Under the pieces are notes generated by a model, which was not told the origin of the DNA, searched no databases, and worked only from the letters and a program-made list of their open reading frames with translations. A stretch of DNA of 64,000 bases, from the sequence record OL656110.1, one strand, 5' to 3'. Both the position numbers and the translations under genes were made by a program. Positions 18,491 to 27,950 of the stretch are shown one piece after another. Each line of letters begins with the position of its first letter. Within the stretch, counting starts at the first letter, position 1. Source of the DNA: Escherichia phage vB_EcoM-RPN242.

Positions 18491-19101
18491 GGTAAGAGCA
18501 GTCCATCATCCCGCTCCGTTGGGGCGGGTTTAATCTCCTTCCGCATCTGTTCCTTCAGCACCCTGACACGTTCGGCATGTCGGCGATCTTGCATCTCCAT
18601 ATCCCGTTTCTTTTTCGACTTCAGCTCAAACTGTTTACGAACATCCGGATCTTCACCCGGAACAAGATGCTCTTCGGTCCATATAATGAACTTCCAGTTC
18701 TTCTTGGCACACAGTTCGCGGGTGGCCTCCCACTTGGCAGAGTTGACCAACCAGGTTCGCATCGCATTGTTGAATGTCGACTCCTTCATGTTCGGAGTCT
18801 TCTTCGGCTGCTTGATCTGGTCTTTGGGCTTGATCTCAATGAGGGTGACCTGTAGTTCCTCTTGCCCTTCGCGGCGCGTCCAGACCTTGAGGTCCATGAA
18901 GTAACGATGGGTGCGCCCGTCGACTGGGGAAATGTAAGGGATTACGGTCTCCTCACTAGACCACTTCACTATCGCGGAGTTCATATCACAGAACTTGAAA
19001 GCCACCAACTCCAGCGAAGAGCGGAAGATGATGTTATTCACATTCCCCTGATACTTCTTGGGATTAACTGGGGTGTACTTCCCCTGAAGATAGTTGCTCA
19101 T
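18487..19101 (-). CDS. head completion protein (T4 gp4-like), putative
   Basis: N-terminal pattern YQGNVNNIIFRSSLEL...VKWSSEETVIPY...DGRTHRYFMD...IEIKP resembles my recollection of the gp4 family; SD AGGA; diverges from the baseplate block as in T4. Confidence 0.55.
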   Translation of the reverse strand: MSNYLQGKYTPVNPKKYQGNVNNIIFRSSLELVAFKFCDMNSAIVKWSSEETVIPYISPVDGRTHRYFMDLKVWTRREGQEELQVTLIEIKPKDQIKQPKKTPNMKESTFNNAMRTWLVNSAKWEATRELCAKKNWKFIIWTEEHLVPGEDPDVRKQFELKSKKKRDMEMQDRRHAERVRVLKEQMRKEIKPAPTERDDGLLLP

Positions 19102-19151
19102 AATCTAGTCCTAAATAGCCATAACACTCTATCTATTTAAGGGCTGAGACC

Positions 19152-20120
19152 ATGGCCGACTTCAAGAAGACAATCGATAAGATCAAGGTTCTGAACACGA
19201 AGGGATTGTCCCAGGCTCAGAAGCAATTGTCTTATCCCCTGGACGTCACTGGGGGTAAGACTTTAGGACACTATGTCCTATTCAACATCAACCGTATCTC
19301 CGGTTCATCTTATGGCAACACGGCTACTCAGACTATCGAGAACCCAATACAGAACCCTCTGGGGAATACTCCTGTGGTCTATGGGTCCAAGTCTGGTTCC
19401 ATCACCAAATATGCATGGGCGCGTCACGTTCGTTCAAACGAGTCTATCGTACTTTGTATGCCCGAGTACATTACAACCAACTATGGTGTTGGCTGGAACG
19501 GTAGCGAGCTGGGGTTGGCTGGTATGGGAGCACAGTTCCTTTCCCGCGCCGCCCAAGACATGACTCAGTTTAAACTGGGTGATGCGCTCAACGTCGGGAA
19601 GGAGATGGGGCGATTCGCTGCCACCAAGGCTATCCAATCTGCGTCGGAGGCTATTCCATTCCTGCCGAGCATTAACGCCCATGACACCCTTGAGTTGTTC
19701 ACAGGCACCATGACCAACCCATATGTGGAGATGATCTTCCAGGGTGTTCGCAACCGTGAGATTCCATTTACATTCAAATTCACGCCGCGATCTCAGAAGG
19801 AAGCCAAGATGGTCCGTGAGATCATCCGCATGTTCAAGATGCACATGTACCCAGAGTACAAGTACAACAAGAATTCCAGCGCGTTTTACTTGCATCCTTC
19901 AACATTCGACATTACGTTCATGGTCAATGGGGGGCGTAACCAGTGGCTGCACCGCATCTCCACTTGTGTACTTTCCAACATGTTCGTCAACGAGACGCCG
20001 GACAGTTCATACGCGGTTCACAAAGATGATGGTATCGTGTCCACGCAGGTTGACATGACCTTCATCGAACTGGAGCCTCTACACAAAGGGCGCTTTGAAA
20101 CCGAAGGCGATAGCTTCTAA
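19152..20120 (+). CDS. baseplate structural protein (position of gp53-like wedge component), putative
   Basis: 322-aa ORF opening a plus-strand block that ends with a tape-measure-like gene; no recognisable motif. Confidence 0.4.
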   Translation: MADFKKTIDKIKVLNTKGLSQAQKQLSYPLDVTGGKTLGHYVLFNINRISGSSYGNTATQTIENPIQNPLGNTPVVYGSKSGSITKYAWARHVRSNESIVLCMPEYITTNYGVGWNGSELGLAGMGAQFLSRAAQDMTQFKLGDALNVGKEMGRFAATKAIQSASEAIPFLPSINAHDTLELFTGTMTNPYVEMIFQGVRNREIPFTFKFTPRSQKEAKMVREIIRMFKMHMYPEYKYNKNSSAFYLHPSTFDITFMVNGGRNQWLHRISTCVLSNMFVNETPDSSYAVHKDDGIVSTQVDMTFIELEPLHKGRFETEGDSF

Positions 20121-20131
20121 GAGAGGATGCC

Positions 20132-20686
20132 ATGAAATATTTTGAGAAGTTTCCACTTGTTTGGCATCAATTGCAAGATGTCCAAGAGAATGATCAGGTG
20201 CTGTTACAGAACTTAACGCGCCGGGTGATGATCTTACAGAAAATTAAGGACATCGAAGGGCTTCTCCTGCCGTATACGATCCAAGATGGGGAAACCCCAA
20301 GGTCTTTCGCAGAACGCGTTTACGGATCCTTCGAGTTGTTTTGGATACCTTGTCTGATAAACGGCATCATGGACATCAATAAGGACTGGCCGAAACCGGA
20401 ACGCCGTATTGTTGAAGAACTGACTGCAGATTACGGCATCGATGGTATGTGGGATACAGCCTATTATGTCGACCAGTTCAACAATGTGACCGACGCCCGT
20501 GCTATCAAATTTGCATATAACCTAGACCTGGATGAGCCGTCCATAATTGCTAACTATGGCCTGACGGCAGTTTCATACCATGATGATGCAATCAGTAAGA
20601 ATGAAGCCAAACGGAACATCCAAGTACTCGACCCGGATTATGTGTCTTCGTTTGTCAATCAGCTGGAGCAGGAGTTGGCGAAATGA
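20132..20686 (+). CDS. hypothetical baseplate-associated protein
   Basis: 184-aa ORF with SD GAGAGGA; in baseplate block. Confidence 0.4.
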   Translation: MKYFEKFPLVWHQLQDVQENDQVLLQNLTRRVMILQKIKDIEGLLLPYTIQDGETPRSFAERVYGSFELFWIPCLINGIMDINKDWPKPERRIVEELTADYGIDGMWDTAYYVDQFNNVTDARAIKFAYNLDLDEPSIIANYGLTAVSYHDDAISKNEAKRNIQVLDPDYVSSFVNQLEQELAK

Positions 20687-22071
20687 TCGAAAACAGAGAG
20701 ACCCAAGACGGTATTGTAACACCGTCAACAACATTTGACCTGAAGTATATGGCGATCCTCCCTCATACACCCCAGGGTGGATCACCAACGCCATATGACC
20801 TGACGGCGTTGTTTGAGGAGTTCAACGTCTTCCAGGATCTGGGTCTTGAAGGGAAGTCATCTCCATCACTTACAGCCAATGTCTTGATAAAAGAAGGGTG
20901 GGACATTCTTGACACAATGCCTATCTTGGGTGGTGAAGAAGTTGTGGTGTCATTCAAGAGTCCGGCGGCCTCGGATTACACCACTCTCTCCCTGCGCGTA
21001 GCGCGTGTTGGGCGCGTAGCTGATGAGTCCAACAGCTCGTCCAAGAAAGCATTCTGGTTGCACATGGTGACCACCGATGCCTACAAGGACAGCATGATCC
21101 GATGCTCCCTCGGTCTTGACGGTTCGTATTCTGACATGGCGAAGACAATCTTCAATCAGCTGGAGTCGCACACCAAGTTCGAAGACATCGACCCGTCGTA
21201 TGGAATTCAAGAGCGGTTCGCCACCCCGCTCTGGCCTGTGCTGCGATCTATTGATTATATGGCGAGCCGTTCTTATGACGAATTGTTCATGCCATTCGTG
21301 TTCTATGAAGACTTCAATGGCTATCACTTCAAGAGCCTGACGACGTTGTTCAACCAGGGTAGCCAGTCATTGACAGCAGAAGAGAAGCAGGAACTAGCTC
21401 AGCAGAACAAGTTGTTCCGTGATCCTCAGGACGCGCCGCTCATGCAGGATAACAACTTCAACTCTGAACGCTTTATGCGCACGATCATCAAGGCAGAGAA
21501 GAAGCTGGCGCGTGACCAGTTCATGGCAAACTACCGCGATGTCCTGGCGGTGAACGAGCGCGTCTACGACTTTGAGACCAAGACAGTCACCCCAACACAG
21601 CGCATCTATACTGAGTGGTTTGCAGAGACGGCTCACCTTGATCCGTTCCCGATGTTCTCAGATGAATTCAATCGTCAGAACGTCCGTTACATTGAAGCCC
21701 AGCCGGATGGAGCGGAGCAGATTGATTATGCTCGTCGTGTTATCAACTTCAGTCTTGCCAGCACTGTGATGCGCGTGTTGCTCGTTGGTGATAACCGCCT
21801 GAACGTCGGTCAGGTGTTCTACGTCGAAGACCAGTCCAACCGTCCTAAGAAGAACGAAAACCTGGCAGAGTTAAGTAAGCTATCGACAGGCCACTATATC
21901 GTGACCAAAGTGCGTCACAAGATTTCCCGCCTGACCAAAGATTATCAGTGCATCGCTGAGATTGCCAAGGACAGTTTGCTGGAGCAGGTGCTTCCACCTC
22001 AGACCAATCAGACAACTGCTTCCACCACTACTCATCAGGCGATTGAGAAAGGCCAAGCACAGAAGGTTTAA
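20683..22071 (+). CDS. baseplate hub-like structural protein, putative
   Basis: 462-aa ORF immediately upstream of the tape-measure-like gene; SD GGAG. Confidence 0.4.
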   Translation: MIENRETQDGIVTPSTTFDLKYMAILPHTPQGGSPTPYDLTALFEEFNVFQDLGLEGKSSPSLTANVLIKEGWDILDTMPILGGEEVVVSFKSPAASDYTTLSLRVARVGRVADESNSSSKKAFWLHMVTTDAYKDSMIRCSLGLDGSYSDMAKTIFNQLESHTKFEDIDPSYGIQERFATPLWPVLRSIDYMASRSYDELFMPFVFYEDFNGYHFKSLTTLFNQGSQSLTAEEKQELAQQNKLFRDPQDAPLMQDNNFNSERFMRTIIKAEKKLARDQFMANYRDVLAVNERVYDFETKTVTPTQRIYTEWFAETAHLDPFPMFSDEFNRQNVRYIEAQPDGAEQIDYARRVINFSLASTVMRVLLVGDNRLNVGQVFYVEDQSNRPKKNENLAELSKLSTGHYIVTKVRHKISRLTKDYQCIAEIAKDSLLEQVLPPQTNQTTASTTTHQAIEKGQAQKV

Positions 22072-22082
22072 CGAGGTGACCC

Positions 22083-24029
22083 ATGGCACAGGAAGCAACG
22101 AACAATGATGTTGTCAAAGTTCTAGACAAGATCAAGGCGGAGATGATGCAGCGCAAACAACTCCGTGCTCAGAATGAAACCAACAAACAGCTTGACCGGA
22201 TGAACAAGAATCTGGCCAAGCTGGAATCTGCCACCAAACAGGGCACCAAGGCCGAGTCCAAGCCATTTGAAATCCGTATCCCGACAGTCAATGAGATCGT
22301 CATGGGATTCGCTCGCATGTCTCCGATCTTCACCCGCGACTTCAGCGTATGGATGAAGGATACTGTCGATGTGGGTAACGAAGGCAATCGGGAACTGGAG
22401 AATATCGCAGGCAAGATTGACCGCCTCGGTGAGATCACCCGCATGCCAACAGATGACACGTCCCTGGAGTATCTTAACCTGATCTCAGACCAGCTGAAGT
22501 CTGCCAATGATGACACCCTCAAGCGCATGGACGAGCAGAGTGTGTCTCTGATCCGCGTGGGATCATTCTTGAACATGATCGACGGAGTGATAATCGAGGT
22601 TCGTGACGATGTTGCTGAACTGAAAAAGAACTCCGATGACACCCTTACTCGCTTGTCTAGCATTGAAAACAAGATTGGGCGCACGGGCGGTCATATCGTT
22701 GGAGTGCTGACACGCATCTTTGATGAAGACCAGAAGTGGCGTGAGAAGGACGAGATGCGCCGTGGGGAAACCGACAAAGAAACGGGTGGTCATCCTCAGG
22801 CGGGTTCTGTTATACCCAAAGACGATGACCAGAAAGACGATTCCTCCGGTATCGGGGCTGCTGTGGCGGCCATGCTTGGCCTGAATGCACTGAAGGGCTT
22901 CTTGCTCAAGCCGTTCAAGATCATCGGTGGTGTTGTCGGGACTTTCCTCGGCATGTTTTCCAAGCTGGGAGAAGGTATCACCAAACTTCTGGGTCCATTT
23001 GGGAAGGTGTTCAAGTTCCTGAAAGTCGGCCCACTGGCTCTCCTGTCTATGATCTGGGACTTCGGTAAAGGCTTCATTGATGCGAAGGAGATCCTGGGTA
23101 AAGGTGCTGTCACGATAGTTGACCGAGTACGGGCGGGGATATCAGAACTGGTTGGTGGATTTGGTGATCTATTTGACTGGGTGTCCAAGATCTTTGGCTT
23201 TGATACCAAGGCGGGAGAAACCCTGCGCAAATACACCCTCATGATCACTGAGGCTCCCGCTCGTTGGCTGAATGGTATTATCGACTGGATTAGCAACGAC
23301 TTGTTTGCAGGGATCGGGAGAGACACGTCTCTTACTGATATCCCTGGCAAGTTAGCAGACAACCTACAGTCCGAGTTGACAAAGCTGGTAGACTGGATCA
23401 CAGGGGGTATCAGTAGTGTGATCGACGATGGCATGGGTGTGGCCAACAAGGTCATTGACGATATCAAGAAGGGATTTGCCGAAAATGTGAAGAAACCTTT
23501 CTTCAACATGCTGAACACAATCACCAATGCGATGTTCGATATCGTTGACAAGTTCGTCAGCATCATCCCTGACGCTCTGGGTGGACAGGCTGCGAAGCAG
23601 AAGATGGATGAGGCTCGCCAGTCTATGCTGATTGACACTGATGAGAATCCGTCTCCTAATGTGACAGAGACCCAGCAGCCACAGACGCCAGCACAACCGA
23701 ACATCGATCCACAAACGCTGACTCCAATACCTTCTGGTGCGTCTTCGGATGACAAGAATATGACTAATGACCGCACCTCTCAGCTGAAAGCTGCGTATGG
23801 TTCTATCGGGGGCGGTACTCTGGGCGGGGCCATGCCATCACAAGGTAGGGCGCTGTCTAATATTGAGCAAGTACAAGGCGGCTATTCACCGCCTCCAGCC
23901 AGCGTCGTGATGCCAGTACAGCAGAATGTGGATGCTTCTAAGAGGATCAACACGACCAATAACTTCAACAGCTCATATCTTGAGCCTGAGAACAAAACAG
24001 ATAATTCCCGCATCCTGTGGGAATGGTAA
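22083..24029 (+). CDS. tail length tape-measure/baseplate hub protein (gp29-like), putative
   Basis: 648 aa; N-terminal coiled-coil-like region, central Gly-rich hydrophobic stretch (GIGAAVAAMLGLNALKGFLL...), Pro/Gln-rich C-terminal region. Confidence 0.5.
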   Translation: MAQEATNNDVVKVLDKIKAEMMQRKQLRAQNETNKQLDRMNKNLAKLESATKQGTKAESKPFEIRIPTVNEIVMGFARMSPIFTRDFSVWMKDTVDVGNEGNRELENIAGKIDRLGEITRMPTDDTSLEYLNLISDQLKSANDDTLKRMDEQSVSLIRVGSFLNMIDGVIIEVRDDVAELKKNSDDTLTRLSSIENKIGRTGGHIVGVLTRIFDEDQKWREKDEMRRGETDKETGGHPQAGSVIPKDDDQKDDSSGIGAAVAAMLGLNALKGFLLKPFKIIGGVVGTFLGMFSKLGEGITKLLGPFGKVFKFLKVGPLALLSMIWDFGKGFIDAKEILGKGAVTIVDRVRAGISELVGGFGDLFDWVSKIFGFDTKAGETLRKYTLMITEAPARWLNGIIDWISNDLFAGIGRDTSLTDIPGKLADNLQSELTKLVDWITGGISSVIDDGMGVANKVIDDIKKGFAENVKKPFFNMLNTITNAMFDIVDKFVSIIPDALGGQAAKQKMDEARQSMLIDTDENPSPNVTETQQPQTPAQPNIDPQTLTPIPSGASSDDKNMTNDRTSQLKAAYGSIGGGTLGGAMPSQGRALSNIEQVQGGYSPPPASVVMPVQQNVDASKRINTTNNFNSSYLEPENKTDNSRILWEW

Positions 24030-24695
24030 TCAGATTCCGTGGGCTTGTATTAGCTCACGGAGTCTCTGTTTTGAATATGTGGTATCCTCATCCGGAACCA
24101 CAGCATTCGTCTTCCTGAGCAAGAACGCCTCTGAGTTCCAGTAGATGTCATCACGCAGAATCGTATCGTATAGATGAATGAAACCAACGATCTTGTTCAG
24201 ACCGACAAGGAACCAAATCGGGAACTTCTTGACGATGATGTCTGTCAGCAACGGTGGATGACCTGTACCCGTCCCCTTGATGTACTCAATGAAGGTGCAG
24301 TTGCGCTCCCTTATGGCAGGGATCATTTCCCGTTCGAACTCCTCAAGGAAGTTATATGTGAAGTTCTCGTACAACTTACGGTATTCATCATAATTGGCCT
24401 GAGCCTGGCGTGTAAGCAATGTCGTCACCCAGGTCTTGGGTGATTTGATGAAGTTGGCAATGATGTAGTTCTCTACCACTTCACCCTGTGATGACTCGAA
24501 TCGACGGGCAAGGCGAGCAAACTGTTTGCACACGGCCTCCTTCGCCAAGAACGTCTCGAACTTGTAATTCATCGGTCCATACAAGCTGTAATCGAAGTCC
24601 TTAGTGGTGAAGTGCAGCTTGATCGCCATGAAGACACAGTAAACGTTGAACGCCCGCTCGAACTGCATTTTTTCCCAATCGGTATACTCACGCAT
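24030..24695 (-). CDS. helicase loader (gp59-like), putative
   Basis: 221 aa (T4 gp59 is ~217 aa); N-terminal VYCVFMAIKLHF...FARLARRF pattern resembles recalled gp59; strong SD GAGGAA. Confidence 0.4.
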   Translation of the reverse strand: MREYTDWEKMQFERAFNVYCVFMAIKLHFTTKDFDYSLYGPMNYKFETFLAKEAVCKQFARLARRFESSQGEVVENYIIANFIKSPKTWVTTLLTRQAQANYDEYRKLYENFTYNFLEEFEREMIPAIRERNCTFIEYIKGTGTGHPPLLTDIIVKKFPIWFLVGLNKIVGFIHLYDTILRDDIYWNSEAFLLRKTNAVVPDEDTTYSKQRLRELIQAHGI

Positions 24696-24782
24696 TTTTC
24701 ATTTCCTCGAAAAACTTAACCCAATTCTCATCATTGTACGGCACCCATCCTTTTTGAAATCTTTGTATGCAACTTTTGGCGG

Positions 24783-25382
24783 TCATTTCGGCGCGATCCA
24801 CCCCAATTCCTTGACCATCGTTACATTTCGACATATGCCTAACCTGGCACCATCGGCTACCCACCAATCATAGAATATTCCTGCCAAAGCCCAATATTTG
24901 CGGGTATGCGTCGCATTTGGACTTTCCCAAGGCTTTGAATGGATTTGTTTTAATTTGGAACGTTGTGAATCTGATTTGGGTCTGCCCATCAGCGAATCGG
25001 AAATTTTCGATCTGTGTTCACGGGATAACGCCACCCCCTTGAATCTTTCACTGCATTTTTGTTTAAACTCTGGAGTGCTGTTAGCTGTCTTCACCCTTTC
25101 CCATTTTCTGAGAGCGAACTCTTCGTATTGGCGTGAAGTTTGTGATTTTGATATATTTCTCATCAAAGAAAAGATTTTCACGTATGCAGGAGACATACTG
25201 AATATCTTGGCCAAAAGTTTGTGAACTATGAAATGTTCCCGAGCAGTTAGAACAGCAATATTCTCCGCAGTATCAGCCCCTCCCAAGCTCCTGGGTTCTT
25301 TATGGTGTCTTTCTGAATACCCAATCAGATTGCGAGAATAAGACCTTTCAAGGATAGAAACCAACGCTCGGGTATAGTTCAT
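24783..25382 (-). CDS. HNH homing endonuclease with NUMOD-like motifs
   Basis: HNH core ERHHKEPRSLGGADTAENIAVLTAREHFIVH; C-terminal PWESP...YWALAGIFYDWW parallels ORF 8421-9251. Confidence 0.75.
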   Translation of the reverse strand: MNYTRALVSILERSYSRNLIGYSERHHKEPRSLGGADTAENIAVLTAREHFIVHKLLAKIFSMSPAYVKIFSLMRNISKSQTSRQYEEFALRKWERVKTANSTPEFKQKCSERFKGVALSREHRSKISDSLMGRPKSDSQRSKLKQIHSKPWESPNATHTRKYWALAGIFYDWWVADGARLGICRNVTMVKELGWIAPK

Positions 25383-25397
25383 TTGCGTTCCTCTTCT

Positions 25398-25631
25398 TTA
25401 ATAAATTGCAATAACTCTTCCATCAGCCCTTTCTTCTTGATGAACTGTAACACCAGGATGAAGCGACGGAAGGAGCGGGGGGACAACACGATAACCCTTC
25501 GCCCAGTAGTTCACAACATTAGAACAATCCAATAAACGAGCCAGCCCAGATTGTGACACCCCGAGGCTCAGCAGAACCTTGTACATGTACTTCTTGTCAT
25601 TTACCGGAAGCTCTTTCATTCTTAAACTCAT
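25398..25631 (-). CDS. small HTH (XRE-like) DNA-binding protein, possibly degenerate
   Basis: HTH-like LSLGVSQSGLARLLDCSNVVNYWAKG; low-complexity C-terminal tail; 15 nt upstream of HNH gene. Confidence 0.35.
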   Translation of the reverse strand: MSLRMKELPVNDKKYMYKVLLSLGVSQSGLARLLDCSNVVNYWAKGYRVVPPLLPSLHPGVTVHQEERADGRVIAIY

Positions 25632-25854
25632 GATACTTGTCCGCTAATGTCTTGTAATATTTGTTAGGATTATACTCCTGTTTGGAATAGTGAAGAGTAA
25701 GGGAAGCACTCAGACCTAAGATGATCACGACAACGAGCGCCTTGTGGTTATTGATCTCGGGAATAGCTATCCACACCAGCAACAACACAAGCGAGCTGAT
25801 AATCAAGGACAGTAAGAACGTTAATGCAATCACCAATGCGAATAGCTCGTCCAT
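25597..25854 (-). CDS. hypothetical two-TM membrane protein
   Basis: 85-aa ORF with two hydrophobic helices; SD AAGGGG; overlaps HTH ORF by 35 nt in another frame. Confidence 0.35.
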   Translation of the reverse strand: MDELFALVIALTFLLSLIISSLVLLLVWIAIPEINNHKALVVVIILGLSASLTLHYSKQEYNPNKYYKTLADKYHEFKNERASGK

Positions 25855-25858
25855 CAGA

Positions 25859-26074
25859 TCACCCCTTCAGTTCGATTTTCAGGTCATCAACATAACAACC
25901 CGTCTCTGTGTCCCAGATCTCAATACTGAAATGCTGGGTCGCCACTTTTGGGGTAAATCCCCAGGCCTCTGCTTTCTCAAGAAAGGAGTTTTGGGCGTCC
26001 TCTGGCGTCCCGGACACGGATTGAACCTGTAGACCGTCACACCCATCATGATACTGCAGCAAATACACTTTCAT
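25859..26074 (-). CDS. hypothetical protein
   Basis: 71-aa ORF; ATG overlaps ligase stop (TAATG). Confidence 0.45.
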   Translation of the reverse strand: MKVYLLQYHDGCDGLQVQSVSGTPEDAQNSFLEKAEAWGFTPKVATQHFSIEIWDTETGCYVDDLKIELKG

Positions 26075-27498
26075 TATGCAGACTCCAGCAGGAATACAAT
26101 GTTTTCGATGTATGCTTTCTGAATCGCATAGACTTCATCCAGTGTGTTGGCCACTTTCTTGTCAATGCGGACTTCTACAAGGCGAGGTAGGAACAAAGAC
26201 TTCATCGCATCATCTGTCTTATCCTGTACGCCATTGGAGAGCACTGCGGCGATCTTGCCAATGTAGTCGCCCTGGTTCTCCCACATATGGCGTCTCAGCT
26301 CATCTGAGATCCCTGATACACCAACAACAAGCAAGCCATCGGAAGTTTTACAAATCAGTGAGCCAAAAGTCTTGGCGTGTTTACCCTTCTTGTCGGCCTC
26401 GTTGAAGCCCACGATTTCAAGGTCACACTCAACCTCCATCTTCAGCTTCAGACCTTCAGAAGAAGTCCCATCTTCCCAAGGCATGTCGGCGGCCTTACAT
26501 ATCGTGCCTTCTTCTTTGCGAGCCAGCGCGTCTTTGAAGTGGTCGACGGCTTCGGCAAATGAGTGAACAACGCGGGTTTCTTGAACCTGAACCAGACCGT
26601 CGTCTTCATCAAACAGTTGCTGGATAATATCGAAGCGGCGCTCATACGGGGTGTCCACGCGCTGGGCGTTGAACCAGTTGTCGTACGGGATAACATCCCA
26701 CACCCGGTAGATCACCCGATAACGATCTTCCAGGGGTTCTCCTGTCTGAATCACGCTGTTGAGTTTACCGTTACCGACAGCACGAGGCAGGATGGTATTC
26801 GACTTGAGGTCAACAACGAGAAGTTCACCATGGAACACACTCTCACCAATCCCCGCATCGTAGATCAGGTCTTTGAACACCAGTGAAAGGTTATCAACCG
26901 AACCACCTGCGATAAGGGAACCGGAGCGAGAGCGAATCTCAGGCTCTTTATTGTACCGACATATGATGTTGGCGAACATACCGTCTGACTTCAGCTGGCT
27001 GTAGACGCCGCGCTTGAAGTCCATCTTCTTCAGCAGGTCAATCGTCATGTTGTCATAACGATGATACGGAAGAATGTTGATCAGGCGTCCAGTGCCTCCG
27101 GCGGCGTTGAATGCAGCGTTGATGCCCTTCTCTGCGATACCCGCCTTGATATCACGGTCTAGGATCATCTGAATGAGTTCGTGGTATTGGGGATCCATCT
27201 TCAGGGCGACAGAGGCCAACAGGGCATCAGCCTTTTGGCCACCGACAAGGCGCTGTGCCATCTGGTCGAGGACGTCATAGACTTCGCTGATGTCATCAGT
27301 CTTCTCACGGACGAGCATGCGAGGGTACGCGCTGAGCTTCAACTCAGTCCGATAGAACGACGTCATTGGGTCATAGACATATTGCAGGAAGTCTGCCAAG
27401 TCTGGGTTGTTCTTGAATGCTTCGGTCAGCACAGCTTTCTTCGCATTGCTGCCTTTGGTTTCGCGAAGTCGGTGGACTATTTCAAGGATAGGGATCAT
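26074..27498 (-). CDS. 30: ATP-dependent DNA ligase (gp30-like)
   Basis: 474 aa; adenylation motif I LKSDGMFANI (KxDG); N-terminus resembles T4 ligase; SD GGAGG. Confidence 0.85.
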   Translation of the reverse strand: MIPILEIVHRLRETKGSNAKKAVLTEAFKNNPDLADFLQYVYDPMTSFYRTELKLSAYPRMLVREKTDDISEVYDVLDQMAQRLVGGQKADALLASVALKMDPQYHELIQMILDRDIKAGIAEKGINAAFNAAGGTGRLINILPYHRYDNMTIDLLKKMDFKRGVYSQLKSDGMFANIICRYNKEPEIRSRSGSLIAGGSVDNLSLVFKDLIYDAGIGESVFHGELLVVDLKSNTILPRAVGNGKLNSVIQTGEPLEDRYRVIYRVWDVIPYDNWFNAQRVDTPYERRFDIIQQLFDEDDGLVQVQETRVVHSFAEAVDHFKDALARKEEGTICKAADMPWEDGTSSEGLKLKMEVECDLEIVGFNEADKKGKHAKTFGSLICKTSDGLLVVGVSGISDELRRHMWENQGDYIGKIAAVLSNGVQDKTDDAMKSLFLPRLVEVRIDKKVANTLDEVYAIQKAYIENIVFLLESA

Positions 27499-27505
27499 GT
27501 GGTGC

Positions 27506-27542
27506 CTCCAGGGTTATATGTGCTGCTATTATAACCCTGGAG
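27506..27542 (-). promoter_or_regulatory. 13-bp perfect hairpin sequestering the ligase SD
   Basis: CTCCAGGGTTATA / TATAACCCTGGAG arms with 11-nt loop; CTCC arm is the complement of the ligase SD GGAG on the mRNA. Confidence 0.45.
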
Positions 27543-27621
27543 ACTTCAATATATTATCAGGGAACGGATCCCAGCACTCAGCGACGGTATACAGAACAAC
27601 CAGTTGATAAACTTTATCATG

Positions 27622-27834
27622 TCACTTCCTCATCAGTGAGAGCAGATTGACCGTAGCCGGACGCGCATCAGGGGCGTAGAAGACGTCCTGAGAGTGCCTC
27701 TTACAGCACGGGCAATCCTTCGTGGCGATTACACAGGGAGCCTTGTCCACGGCAAATCCAGCGGCTTCGGCTTCCTTCACAGTGGTGAATGGCAGGTAAG
27801 CACTTGTGCCCTGCCCTCCGCATGAACATTCCAT
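27622..27834 (-). CDS. hypothetical Cys-rich small protein
   Basis: ATG 27834 (track start is in-frame TTG 27837); SD AGAGGA; CSCGG...CPCCKRH. Confidence 0.45.
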   Translation of the reverse strand: MECSCGGQGTSAYLPFTTVKEAEAAGFAVDKAPCVIATKDCPCCKRHSQDVFYAPDARPATVNLLSLMRK

Positions 27835-27950
27835 CAACGTTTCCTCTTAAAGGGGATGACCAGGGCTATGATGAGAAGCATAGCTGTAATCATCCCACAT
27901 GCTATCAGACCAAAGGCGAACGACTTCAGAACAAACTCAATCAAATTCAT
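27834..27950 (-). CDS. small hydrophobic peptide (38 aa), not in ORF track
   Basis: own translation MNLIEFVLKSFAFGLIACGMITAMLLIIALVIPFKRKR; SD GAGGA; ATGA overlap upstream and TGATG overlap downstream. Confidence 0.35.
   Translation of the reverse strand: MNLIEFVLKSFAFGLIACGMITAMLLIIALVIPFKRKR

Noticed and set aside
22796-23776. 326-aa minus-strand ORF inside the tape-measure-like gene
   Set aside because: Antisense shadow ORF with Ser/Pro/Ile-rich low-complexity translation; the plus-strand gene has SD and coherent domain structure.
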